Below the pieces are notes generated by a model that was given only the letters and a program-made list of their open reading frames with translations, made no database searches and was not told the DNA's origin. A stretch of 64,000 nucleotides of DNA from Tubulanus polymorphus (taxonomy: Eukaryota; Animalia; Nemertea): assembly GCF_964204645.1 (NCBI RefSeq), contig NC_134025.1, positions 9,238,001 to 9,302,000 of the forward strand, written 5' to 3'. Both the position numbers and the translations under genes were made by a program. Positions 20,399 through 33,366 of the stretch are shown here, one piece after another. The first letter of the stretch is position 1. The number at the start of each line of letters is the position of its first letter.

Positions 20399-20673
20399 CC
20401 TCCGATGGACTATTTCCGACTAACTGACACTCAGAGAATGTCAGGTGTTCCAGACTGCACATTGAAAAACTGTGATATGAATCAGCGAATAAATCAAACA
20501 AGTCAAATTTAGCTTTGGGTAGCCTTCAAGTATTATTGTGTCAATTTATAAATTTACATGTTTTCTGTCGTGCAGCACATTTTACTTGGCAGATCTGGCC
20601 TAGTTTCAATTTTCACTTTCTTGTTTCATACCGCTTTTGTCCATTTTATATTTCAAATTAATAAGTTCTTAGG

Positions 20674-23600
20674 CTATACTTTGCTTTCCTTTGACACACC
20701 AGTTTTAGTAGGCCTTAAACTATTGCTGCTCCAATCATTGACTCTCTTTGCTTTAGTGTCTGTACTCTGATCAAGGCTAGATGAAGTTTCTTTTTGATCT
20801 GGATATAGAGTGTTGTATGTTTTCTGGCATTCATTCAGAGTTCTGTCAATTTGTTTCAGGGACCTTTTTGAATTTCTCAATGAATTTGACCTATTCAGAC
20901 CTGCTGCACCTTTTGTTTTAGCCTTTTTACTCTTTGTAATAGCCATGTCTACACTTTTCAAGATGTCACTCTTTTTTTTATCAACAAACATGTATTTCAT
21001 TTCGTCTTTTTTATTAAGATTATCGACATCTATTTTATGGCTTAGGATATCCCTTTCAGCCGTAGGTCTATCAAGTGCAGACACTGCAGCAGTGGTCCTG
21101 TCATAATGGTGTCTTGAGGTTTGTTGATAATTACTTCCATCTCCAATATCCTGATATACTGGTACTGTAACATTGATTTTACACATTGTTCAGTACGATA
21201 GTAATAGTAATTCGATTTTAAAATGCAGACATGATCAAAATGTTATATTTACCATTTTCGGCGGATGAAATGTGATCCCGGAACACTGCATCAGAGTCGA
21301 GTTCTGTGTCAACATCTAGCAGTTTTTCAACGCTGTCTACAAGCTCATAACTTCGTTTGCACAATACATCTTCTGCGTTAATATAAGCAGTATTTTTCGG
21401 TTGCGTTACAGTGTTTGTGATAGTGTCTCTGAATTTATTTCCTCCTGTACTTTCTTTTACATCCGTTGTTGGGTCAACCTTGTGAGTATCCCGTATTTTT
21501 TTCCGCAGTTCTTCAGCAGTTCTGAAAGTTCCAGTTCTTTGCTTCTCAGGCATTTTTACGCCGAAGTAGTTCATGGTTATATCCTTTTCTGTGTTTATTG
21601 TAGGATATTTCCAAACAATTTCATCAGTATTTTCCTCCGAATCCGTATTTTGATATTCATCATTCATCTGCTCCCTGGACTGGGCGGCATAAGATTTTTG
21701 ATACTTCAAAGATTTTGGTTGAATTACTCCTTGAAGCATCGTCACACTTCTTTCCATATTACTATCGATTACTATATTATTAGGTCTATATTGTGGTTTG
21801 TTGAAATGATCGTAGCCTGTAAACTGTCTCTGTTTGTTGATCATCTCTTTTCCTTGTTCAATAGTGGCGTATTCTATGACTGGTTTGATCTTACAAGCCG
21901 TGTCAGGAATGAATGGATGTTTCTTGATGTACTCCATCAAATGATTGCGTAACTTTTCTGATGGGCCCTCGGGAGACGTTTTTCTTCTAGTATATCGGTT
22001 CATGTCAGGGGTCATTATTTTAATTGGTTTATCTTCGATTGTCGTTTCAAGCATAGTTTGATCAAGACCATATTTTTTTGATTTACCATATAGAGTCCCA
22101 AATTTCTCTGAGTCAAACCTATCTAGTCTTTTAGGCAAGCTTTCTACGATGCCAAATTTTCTAAATCCTCCAGCGTTTAGTTCTACATTACCAATCGTTA
22201 GTTCATCATCATTATTTGTATCGATTTCCTTTAAACAATTTCCTCCATACTCGATATCTTTGTCCGTTGCACTGATGTATAAATCATCATCTTCAACTTC
22301 ATCCTTCAATTTAGTCATTGATTCATTCATAATCATAAGATTGTCTTCCCTGATCTGCGATTTTCGTTCGTATTCCTCCTTGATCTGAAGTTTTACCTGT
22401 GCCAGGCAGCAGTCGTACGCCAAATCAATTAGTTTTGTTTGATTGAATGTTTGTAGCTCGTAAGTCTGGTCGTTCTTTTTGTATCCTATTAATCTGATGA
22501 AGTCTTCTCCGTATTTTGTTACAGCGAGTATTCGCGTTGCGAATATACCGTTGTATTTCTGGAATTAGAACGATGGAAGGATCGCTTTGTTGGTGATATA
22601 AAAAATCAGAAAGTCATGAGATTCTCAGTTTATCGAGTTATTAAGATGTTTCGAAAATATTGTTAAGACGATTTCATTAATAGAAATTAAATGATTCTAA
22701 GTAGTTAACTGACTGATCAGTGTTGATAGTGATAGACAATTTCGGAGCCAAAGGGAAAAATAGAATTTAATACAATATACTAAATCTTTCAGTATATTTT
22801 GTTGAATTTAAAAAAAAGGTACCGGCTGCATGTACCGGTAGTTCAAAATGGTGTATTCAATATGGGGTCATTCATTTATTACGTACGCATTAGGGGAGGG
22901 GGAGGCGTCAGTGCAATTGCCTACTGTAATGCTTAATGTATATGAAAAAATGGCCGATTTTGCGTAGAGAGGGGGAGGGGGTTGAAAAATTCAAATTTTA
23001 TGTATACGTAATAAATGAATGATCCCTATAAAGTATTTCTTACAAGAAATACTTTATATTGTACCAAAGGCAGTGCATGGGTGACTATGATGCTTTTATC
23101 GTCCGACTCACTTTGATGATTTTGAATTCATCCTTCCACGGAGAAATCAATATATTTCGTATATAGCACTCCATCAATGGTAGAACTTGTAGGGCTTGTT
23201 CTCTTGTATTTTCATTTTCCCAGATATCGATCAGCTCCTTGTATATCATGTGTATCAGGGTATTATCGATTTTGTCATCTTGTTCGCTGGAATAAACAGA
23301 AAATTATTAATCGACAGAATCAGAGTTTTTGCATTCCAGACAATTGGCTTAAATCCTCCAGGCCAGATATGGTTCAGTATAGCCATTACCCAGACGTTTT
23401 CAAACCCATTTATTTCTTGAGATCGATCAAACAATCCAAACATAGTGGAACCTCATTACAATCAACTTCAGGGGACCGGAAATCTGTTCGCTATGACCCA
23501 TAGTTCGTCGTATCCAGTATGAAATTATTTAACTGGTCGTAAATCAGATTGATGAATCGGTTAATAGTTCTTATCTGTCCTATACTATCGAGAGTGAGAA

Positions 23601-23806
23601 TGTTTTTCTGCCCGAATTCTTATCAACCCGACGAACTTTATCCAACTTAGATTCATCGCGAGAGTGTCTCATACTCACAGTAAATGAGTCTTCAGTGAAA
23701 GTTTGAATCTTTCGAGCTTCAGTACCGATTCATTTTGATACGGCGAACTGCCCGGAACGCTTCGTCTTCGAACTATCGTACTATGATATTGTTCTTTAAA
23801 ATCCAT
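20674..23806 (-). CDS. SPATA2: SPATA2/tamozhennic-like protein (N-terminal PUB-like domain, long low-complexity C-terminus)
   Basis: Exons 23806-23679, 23286-23112, 22558-21253, 21164-20674 join in frame. MECYIRNILISPWKDEFKIIK|KYNGIF...FIRLIGY...IDLAYDCCLAQV fits the SPATA2 PUB pattern (NL..PW.KEF..IK.Y.G.F ... L.GY ... A.E/D..LA.V). The end of the last exon is less certain. Confidence 0.8.
22865..23026. mobile_element. Small MITE (PIF/Harbinger-like ends) in SPATA2-like intron
   Basis: TIR GGGTCATTCATTTATTACGTA / TACGTAATAAATGAATGATCCC with internal G-rich blocks. Confidence 0.75.
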
Positions 23807-23986
23807 AAATCTAAAAATAAATGGTTGAGAAAGTATACGAAGAGGATTTTCTCTTAAATGCGGTTACTCCTCAAATCGGTTTTCGAGTTTCCTTGAGAAA
23901 CAGGGGGATTTCTCTGGAAACCAATCCCAATCAGAAGGGCCTTGGTAAAAGATGATATGGCTAGGTCCAAAAACTAACAATATCTG

Positions 23987-24076
23987 ATATATATATATAA
24001 TGTACATATATGTATATGTGTATGTATATGTGTGTATGCATATGTATATGTATATGTATACACATACATACACACA
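23987..24076. repeat. Compound (TA)/(TATG)/(CA) microsatellite
   Basis: Directly visible low-complexity repeat. Confidence 0.8.
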
Positions 24077-26293
24077 TAGTTTCCTGGTGGTATTTCTGAT
24101 GATCTTCGTAGTTTGACAGACTAGTTTGTCATTGAGAACTATCGGAGTACTAGTGTTATATTTAGAATAGCCACATCATCATTATAGTTATAAGATGAAG
24201 GTTTTTTTGTTATACTTCATGTACTTGATTATCATTAAATACATGTACACATCTCACCTGATTGGGCAAGTGCTTGGAAATCCTCTCTTCTCTTGTAGGG
24301 GCTTCATGTATTTTAGTGTATGACTCAATATTCTTCCTTGATATTTCGTCGCATAAAAATTCGCTGAATAGTCGACTAGTGATTGTGTGTGCATAAAGTC
24401 CACACGTTATGAATAACTCGGGGAAATCCCCAGTGTCAGTTCGTGATATACTTTTTAACAAACGTTAACAACATGCTGAATTTACAAAATTACCCCGTTT
24501 TCTATAGCCTACAGTACACATACTACCACTACCATTTTAGTTGTTACCATTGCGTAATTTTAAGTGAACTTAAAAGAAATGTCCAGGTTTTTAAAAGGAT
24601 TGTATGATAAAGTTAATAGTGGTCATTATATTTTTTCAATTACTTTTAGGAAAATGAATTTGATCTGTTTACTTGTAATATACAAATGTCATTATTTATA
24701 TTTTTAGTATATGATAAGGGCCTATTGGTCTATCACACTCTGACTTATTCAAATTTCGTCAGATCTGTTCGTTGTAACTGATAGTTCGTTATATCCGGTT
24801 TGTAATGATAAGAATTGTCGAAATTGGGACGAAATTCTAGATTTGTGATAAAAACTGATGAATTGTGGTATCCGAGGTGGAGGTTCATGAATCAAACATT
24901 CTTATGAATTTTCAAACAAAATTTGCATCTCCTATGAGAATTCATAATTTCCATGGCACCTAATTGATGAAATCTTGCAATAGAAATAAGTCATCGGTAA
25001 TGAATTGAGATGATGGTCATTATACATGGATGATAATTTGTGTATAGGTGTGCAGGGAGGGGAGGGGAGAGGGGAGGAGGCACTACGGGAAATTCAGCTA
25101 ATTAATTAATTCCATCCAGTTCATCATTCAGCATTACAACAACTTTTACTGCATCATTAGCGCCGATGACACATTGTTTGAATCACAATCAGGTTAGACT
25201 CATATATGAGGTGTGAGTTTCACATGCTCATGGAACAGTTCCAGTCGTCGTCGTTGTCGTCCGCTGTCAAAAACTTACACATCCCCTGGCGGGCACACCC
25301 AATATTTGACTCACAATATGAAAATAGCGGCCCATTTGAGCGCGGTATATTCTCCGAATGTCTAGAAATCTGGAGTATTTAGGTAGCTGCTGTGCGGAGG
25401 ATGCGGAGGGCTCCTTTCATAATTCGTCAGTAAAAGCTCACTAAAACTAGTTTGTTTAGACGCGAATAGTTGCTTGGATACACAGAATGTTCTTCTGTGC
25501 CGTGATTTTTACAGCTCATAATTGGAAATCTTCGTTCATCGCCAGGTTGTATACAAACTATTAATGTTACTGCACACCACCGCCCTGCTCATGTGAACGT
25601 ATACGACATTTTTAGAAGCACAGCTTTTTCTACATTTTTTCCAATCCCTCTCCGCCAAAGCAATATATGTTGCAAAATCCCATAATGGAAGTTGAAAATA
25701 ATAAAACTCGAAGTCGTAATGTTTCGAAATTTTATAATTTCAAACGTTTACTATAAAAGTTGTCAACGAAAATATCTGATTTTATAGATTACATGATGTT
25801 AGATAAGAAAGCCCTCTCTTAGATTAGTTTGTAGTTAGGCTGTATCCTTCAGAATGGTCGCAGGGACTTTTATCGTACGTATTTGAACGGACTTCCAATT
25901 ATCAGGTCATGCATTAGTATTGTATTTGATCTTTTGAAGGATTTGCCTTCATTTGCCCGTTTAAAAGTACAAGTTATTAACGATTAACTCATATATCAAA
26001 AGGATTGCGTAATAGGGTTATAGATGGAAGTGACTGGATTAATGTACTGTACGCAAAAGCTTGAAAATCATTTCACCTTTTGCCATAAAAGTACACGTAA
26101 AGTGTATCAATCACCAGTCATTTCTCTCTGAATCTTCAGGGTGTTAGCATGGAGTGTTGTCCCTCTCAAAGGTAGGAGAAGAGTGTGTAGGCCTATGTAA
26201 TCTCAATTACTGGCCAAATTGTTTAAGGGCCTTGACTATTGCAAAGATGCATGTTTCAATATAGTTTTGTTATTTTCTGAATGCTTGCACATG

Positions 26294-26529
26294 TTTTAGC
26301 GCGCTTGGGTCTTAAGTTTAAGCGGACTATTGCATTTACTTTTCATCTGTGGTCCATAGATGGAATCCAGTTATTTTGGGTGGTTTGAAGACGCTTCAAT
26401 GGGTTGTCACAATATTAACACATATATCTACGTACCACACAATCTGCAGTCCAGGGCATGCTGAATATTAGAATTATTAGATTTTCAAGCATTTCATCGA
26501 GCGGACATGTGTCCCCGGACCCCTAGTTT
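26294..26529 (+). mobile_element. HINE-family copy, deleted and diverged
   Basis: TTTTAGCGCGCTTGGG..., GGAATCCAGTTATTTTGGG..TTTGAAGA.GCTTCAA and 3' GTGTCCCCGGACCCCTAGTTT match the 13922-14441 copy. Confidence 0.7.
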
Positions 26530-27426
26530 GTGAGTTGAAAATATATTTTGCCAGTATTTCAAACTTGATTGAACAAAACAATATTGTTTTTATATGAAAT
26601 ATTATCGAAATATAAAATCTTACTTCATGCGAATCCTGTTACTTTTATTTACCAGGTATTACTAAACGACATACCGGTACTTGATTAACGACATTCAATA
26701 AAAACATTGCAGTTTTCTTACAAAAGTTCTATTATTACGCTATTGACTAATTTGACTAATATGCGTACATCTACAGTGAAAATGAATAGGAAGTATGTTA
26801 GGGAATTTCAACTTTCCGTTATGGATATTGCGGTCATTTTCTTGTGACAAATATAATCAAGTGTTTTCGATAACGGAAATATACTCCACTGTCATCAACG
26901 CGCAGTCGTTATTTGCTCAATGTGGGACCCATGAGTAATCTGTTCAATTAGTACATCGATAATAGAATAGAACTATACGGCAATAATAACTACTGGTACT
27001 AATATCGATACTGTTATTTGGGTTTCCCCACGGCCAGGTGGAGCTATTATTTAAACATTGGAAATCAGCTGATTTTCATTTCACATTCAGTATACCGGGT
27101 ATATTTGTTGCGTACGGAACTACTGGATATATGCCTCCGTATTACAGGTAGAATTGCATAAATCTCTATCAATAATGGATAAAAGGACTCTTCTGTTATG
27201 TATGACGAGTGTTCTATGAAAGTGTACTGCTCACTGAATTACGTTATATTCTGTTAATTTTTTAGTTTCGTTTTTATCGATGTATTTCATGTCTGAAAGG
27301 TGTTCTCGAAGTAACGGTTCATTGGAGACTTTTCTCAACGACTTTTATATAACAGGATTTTCTTCTATTTTTTTCAGCGCGAGTTTGGCGGCTGAAGCTA
27401 TAAATGAAAATGAATCAACAGTTAGC

Positions 27427-30329
27427 ATGGCCGCAGATTTGGTATTGTTACGTCACAGAGAAACCGTTGAAGTAAATGGACCGACGAATGCGCCTTGCAC
27501 CGATGGCTGCGCGAAGCTGGATAAACAGAACAACATTGTTAAGGACATTAATCGGTCTAATGGGGATGCACTGATGACTGGAATCAGGGATTTTAGCGAA
27601 CCAGAAAATGACAAGAAACCCGGCAATGACGCGATCGATGCACCCGTTCATATCCGCATCGATAAGGGAACTTCGTCTTCTGCCAACTCGACTCCTAGTA
27701 AATCTACTAGTAGCAGCGGTAGTAGATCGAGCGCGCCGATTGAAATTCCTAGTCGTCCGATAACCGAGACAGTTCATCTATCTCTACCGGGAGCTCACGG
27801 CCATCAGGTTCACCCAGCCGCGCATAAACGCACTCAAAGCTTCGGTTCCCAACGGCCAAAATATGATTCATTCAAATCGATTCCCGAGGTGACCGCCGAG
27901 GCGCGGCTCGTGTTAGAGCAATATTTGCAACGAAGTTTCAGTCACAGTGATTTGTCCCCTCCTCTTAAACACGGCGCGAAAAAAAATGAATTATCCATAA
28001 TTGAGGAGAAGTCTGGATACTTAGCAGCTCCGCCTGCCGCAGAACCGGGAGCTATAAGGGAGACTCATTCAGATTCAGGAGCTGATGGTTCTGTTAGTCG
28101 CAATAGACGACCTAGCTATGCTACGGCGACTGAAAATCTTTTCTTTCCAGGCAAGCCGTCAACAACCGGGCAAGCCGAAGGCCAAGCCATCAATGAGGAA
28201 CGTCATACGCCCGATTCATTGGAGTGGGACCTGCGCGAAAATATCGCAGATTATGACCGCAGAAATTCGTTCTCGTCGGAAAAAGAAAGTTCCGACGAGG
28301 ACCAGGAGAAGTACCATTCGAAAAAGAAAAAGAACTATTTCAAACGCGCACAACAACGAATCCGAGAGAGCTTCCGCCGGAGATCGCAGTCATCGGGACT
28401 CCGAACTCCGGATAGCGATCGTTATCGGAGTATTACTCCAAGTGTTACAACGTCTGCATCTGGTGAAATTTTGGATGATAATATGACAGACGCTTCCAGA
28501 GAACAGCGATTTCAACTCGTTTCCCCGGAGGTATCACAGGATAGAAGTTTTTTTATGTCTATATGGAGAAAATTAAGGGCACCATCTAAAATCAGGAAAA
28601 GCTCTTTGAAGAAGAGTGAGTATCTTTTGTTACTTGAGGTTTTGATTTTTCTTTCAACAACAAATTCTAGATTGAATAACAATCGCTGATTTTAATTCAT
28701 TATTATAGGAAATTCATCGAAAAGTTCTTCGAGTCATTCAGATGCTGGAGCCGGTGGTGGTAGCATCGAAAGTCCCGTGAAGGCGAGGACTCCGACCGAG
28801 ATATTCGAGGATGTATTAAACCGTCCAAGCAGCGGGCCCATACCATCAGACAGCTCATCAATCGGAAGACCTACCAATATATCTCGACCGGTATCGAGAT
28901 CCGGATCTCAGCGGTCTATGAGTTCCTTGCGAACGGATAAACATAGACCTAGTGTACATAAGCAACATTCGTTCAGAGGTCGATGTTCTTATGCGCATTC
29001 GCACAGTCATTCAGCTCAGGGTCCTGATCGTTCCACTCTTTCATTACCAGGTAATTGTTTGTTGGAATTCGAATTCGAATGGCTTTAATCAATTTCCTAT
29101 TGTTATCTCGATTTGTTTTCGTTGCAGGTCTCGTCGCCCAAGGAGGACACGAACCCGACATCGCAGCATCTAACAAAGAAGCAAGGCGTCGTGCGTTACG
29201 TAAACAGTTGGAGGAGAATGCACAATCTGATGGAATAGCCGCGTCAAAACCAAAAACTCCAGATGGAGTCGATGGAGGTAAGGAATTTTTTTCTTGTGCA
29301 ACAAAAGAAAAAGATTGAAAAATTAAACCATTCAGAGTGAATTGAACTGGGATTGATGTGATTGATTTTGTAGAAGGAAGTGATAGTGGATCTTCTCCGG
29401 AAGAGAAACGGATCAGCAACCGTTCTCTGTCCGAGCAGGTTGATATGTACGCGAAAGCTGCGGAAAAATTAGATAACATCGCGGACAGGTTAACTTGTCG
29501 AAGTCCTTTACCAGAACCAGGACCACAGGGCGGTACATCAGGTACCACCGAACAATGTTCTTAAGTTTGCCATGTTCCGTTAAGTTTGATTGATTGTAAT
29601 AAATAGTTCTTCTATTTGAAGCTGGAGCTTCTTCTCTGGAGAAGAAAATCGCAGAAGTTTTACGCAATAAAGGAGATAATATGCACCAGGTATATATTTC
29701 GTCGAGAAGGGTTTTTAGAATTTCTATTACCGATTTCAAACGTTTAGAAATTTTACATCGCCTTATTCCAGTCGATGATTCCTACCGATGCAATTGTGCA
29801 ACTTGTAAAACACGCAAGCTACAGGAAGTTCAAGAAGGTGTTGAAGAATCAGATGAGACAGGGAGAAAACGAGATGGCTCAGATCGCGTTGTTGTTTGAA
29901 GTCACGAGAGTTGCGGTCGACTTCGCTGGTCACGGTGGAGCATTGGCGATGAGATTAAAAGAAATGAGTCTCAAGTATTTCGAGGATAAATTTGCAAATT
30001 GGGTTATCGGTCAAGGTGGCTGGGTAAGATTTAGAATTTTTCAACATGCACATGGCCTTCAACTGATTCCCTTCCAAGTTTTAGAACAGAATAGGTTAAC
30101 TTAGTGGGACCATTCTTAATTCCAAAAATAAAAATTCATTCCCAAGGAAACAGATTTAATTATGTCTCCTAAAAATGTCAGTATGCGCTGTATCGAAGAT
30201 GTTTTTGTCCTGTGCAACCAAACTATTGAGGTCATTTTGATTATTATAAAGATGTCTTAATTATTTTAGGATTCAGTAATTGAGAGCGAAGAAAATGAAG
30301 AAGATGAAGATCAAGGGACACAAGTTTAA
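27427..30329 (+). CDS. Bcl-2 family protein, Bcl-G (BCL2L14/BCL2L12)-like, long Ser-rich disordered N-terminus, no C-terminal TM anchor
   Basis: Coding exons 27427-28615, 28709-29050, 29128-29277, 29374-29541, 29622-29689, 29772-30023, 30270-30329 join in frame. BH3-like IAEVLRNKGDNM, SYRKFKKV, QIALLFEVT and BH2-like YFEDKFANWVIGQGGWDSV; acidic tail ending GTQV*. Confidence 0.78.
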
Positions 30330-33300
30330 CATGCATAATTACAAAATTGGGTATCATTGATACAATTATTTGAGCCGATAACTAGATAGCAGGCCAGTTG
30401 GTGAACTATTACATGTGCTGCGTAGTTTATTGTGTAGTACTCTCTCTAATGAAGACAGTTTGAATCGTGTGTGTTGCTGATTGTATAGCGATTTCCATAT
30501 ATACAATGTATATACAAGGGTCCGATCTCAAAGAATGGGTATCAAAATGTTTGGTGGCCATTCATGGTTTGTCCTTCACACAGTCACTCCAAAAATCCAA
30601 AATATAAACCCCTAGAAATAATAAGACAAATTTGGAAAGTTCCTGTGTTCAGTTATAACTGTTAAAAGTCATTGAAAATGAAAAATTTTTAACACACATA
30701 AGTAAGTGATTGATTGTGAATGGATAATTAATTGACTTGAAACGAATTCCAAAAATATGCATGCATTGAGATTAGAATTTAGCTCTTTCTATGGTGTATC
30801 TGTCCAGTCTATGACGCTGGTCCTAGGTCAACAAAAGGTAGTTATCTAGATCTTCCATAAAACTGTGTTTGAATTTTAACAGTCTGTTTTAAAATAATAC
30901 TTAAACTTAATTGTCAGTTGATATAATCTCAGCAGCTAACATGCTCAACTAACGAATTGATGATTTTATGCATGATATTTAGATGCATCATTCACCCCAT
31001 GACAAATGAGATGAAACGATTTAATAATCTGAAGGAATAGTGGTATGTATACACGTGTATATATTGACGAATATGCCACAGTTTGGGTTGTTTTCTACGA
31101 TGAATGTTTAGCGTACCTATAAGAAGCTTATTTTGGATTCGCTTTATTCGATTTGTGACTCCGTATTCGTATTTTTGGTTTTCACTGCATTTATGAACAT
31201 GGAAAACATTTTCTATTGCACATGGTCACAGTCAGTGTGTGTAAAACATAGAAGCTACTGTAAGAAAACAAGCTTTCTGTCCGAAGCTATTTTGGTCGAA
31301 TGGTATACTCGCTATTTAGTAAATCAATCTTGTCAACTCAATCTATAAAATCTGTTAATATCTGATTATGTATTTATTTTAAAATGTTATCGGCTTTATA
31401 AGTTTTTTACATTCCAGTTGTCTATCAATGTTGCTGTATGAATGTAATTCATTGAATGTAACTGTTATTTATATCAAAGTTAATCTTGCCTTCTGTATTT
31501 ATTGAATAACACTAATCGTATGAATCGCTCAGTAACGAAGGTATATAATGTATGTATATATGTTGGATACATAGCAGATGTTCGTCTATTTTTAAATCTG
31601 CATTTGAAAGAATTTTTTGTCGAGTTCCGTAGCTAGTTTTTGGTTCAGTGTAACTTATATCGCGATGCTGTACAGGCAATTTTTGTTGGTCTCTCTGAAC
31701 TGCTTTTTTTTCAAGCATGTGTGGATTTGTTGAGCTATGACTTTTACTAACAAAACTGGTTTATTATCTCGACTACTAGAGAGCGAACCTTGCTTCGAGA
31801 ACTAATCCAAATTTTGTGTGTGATAATGTATCTTAATTTGTGTTTTTATGCGTTACACAATATTTGAATCATCATTTAACATTTTGCAGTGTCAGTTTTC
31901 ATAGGTTTAGATTTGCCTTGCCGCAATGTCCAATGTTAATGATTTTGAGATTTGGTTATTTCTACTGAAGATTTTATACGAAATGTTTTTCTTATGCTTC
32001 GTACGGTTTAGTATGATATTTAGTTCTATGCAAACATTGTTGTTATTGAATGGTTACGCGTGTTCAAGCAATGTTGTTTTTTTTTTAAATTTATCTATGC
32101 ATGTTCGTGTTAGGGAAATATTTTATTCCACTTTCATGTGCTAACAAAAAAGTCCCGAGACGAAACTTGATTTTATAAGATCGAATCTTGTGAAGAGCCA
32201 TTCGCAACTAAATATCAGAGACGTACTAGTTTCTTCGAAGAATATTACATCTTAACTAGTTTTTAGACATGTAATGATTGAAATCATTAATCCAATAGCT
32301 GCTTGTGCATCATCTATGTGCCTAATCTACCTGTGATAAGAAATATTGGACCAAAATAAGAGCTCGACTTATTCTATCCATTGCTTTGAAACATCCATTA
32401 TCTAGTATATCTATATATTATTGTTCCCGCGGGAACCAGTCAGCTCGTCTGGTATTCAGACTTACTTATACCGTAATAAGAAAAAAATGAGAAATACAAT
32501 ATTATAATAATCATATGTTATTGCTAACTACTGATAATTTTTAATAGTAATAACAGCTACTAATAATATTTTTGAGGTTATCAATTTTTAAGGTACATGA
32601 GAAATTTTATTAGTATTGCAGATTTGTTATTATTTTATATGACTTTGCTTATTCGTGAAAATTACGATTATTTGTCCACCAATTTTTTATACCTGATCAC
32701 TCGCATCAGCCACAATCACTTTCACGAGAATCGCTAAAACAAACCTCGTCCATCGAGTGGAAAAGTTCGCTTTGCATTAAATGCAAACGTGAACGAATCC
32801 AAAACCTGGCCACTGTTGTTTGGATAAAGATAAAAAAACATATCTTTTAAGAAACACTTCTTTATTTTAATCGATTTTTGTTAATGAAAATCATAATTTG
32901 TACAATGAACTGCTGGAAATAAAATAAATGAATATAGATGAGCAAATAAATGAACGAATAAATGATTGTTAGAATAAATGTGTAATACAATCTATATTTT
33001 AGTGTTGTTGTTTTTCAATTTTTTTCGAGTACGGATGCAGTTTCCCAATATCGATTAACAACTTAACGGACAGAATGAAAATCGACTGCAACGAGATTCA
33101 AAAGTTTGTATCTAAACCCGACTCTGGAAGACAAAAATGATGGCGTAATTTTTTATTGGTGAATGAACCGGAGGGGCGTTCTACATGCCCATTTGCACCT
33201 AGCCTCGCAATTTAAAACGCCTCACTAATGAAAATTACATGATTTCCAGAAAATGTGTTTATTGCAATTGATTAAAGACCATGGAATGTTAGACGAATGA

Positions 33301-33366
33301 TGTCGGATCAACACATACACACTCTTATGACAACGTTTCTCCTGGGAAGCTGGTTGTTAGTTTATT

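Noticed and set aside
21401-21952. 183-aa plus-strand ORF (and other antisense ORFs such as 6031-6369, 27448-27777, 28973-29548)
   Set aside because: Antisense shadows of real coding exons with no independent homology or splice support.
24210-24461. 83-aa minus-strand ORF upstream of the SPATA2-like start
   Set aside because: TTG start and no clear homology; more likely a 5' UTR exon, though an N-terminal extension cannot be excluded.
23443-24890. Tigger-like end fragments at about 23443 and 24760-24890 as one element spanning the SPATA2-like first coding exon
   Set aside because: Ends are degenerate and do not form a convincing TIR pair; more likely two separate decayed MITE remnants.
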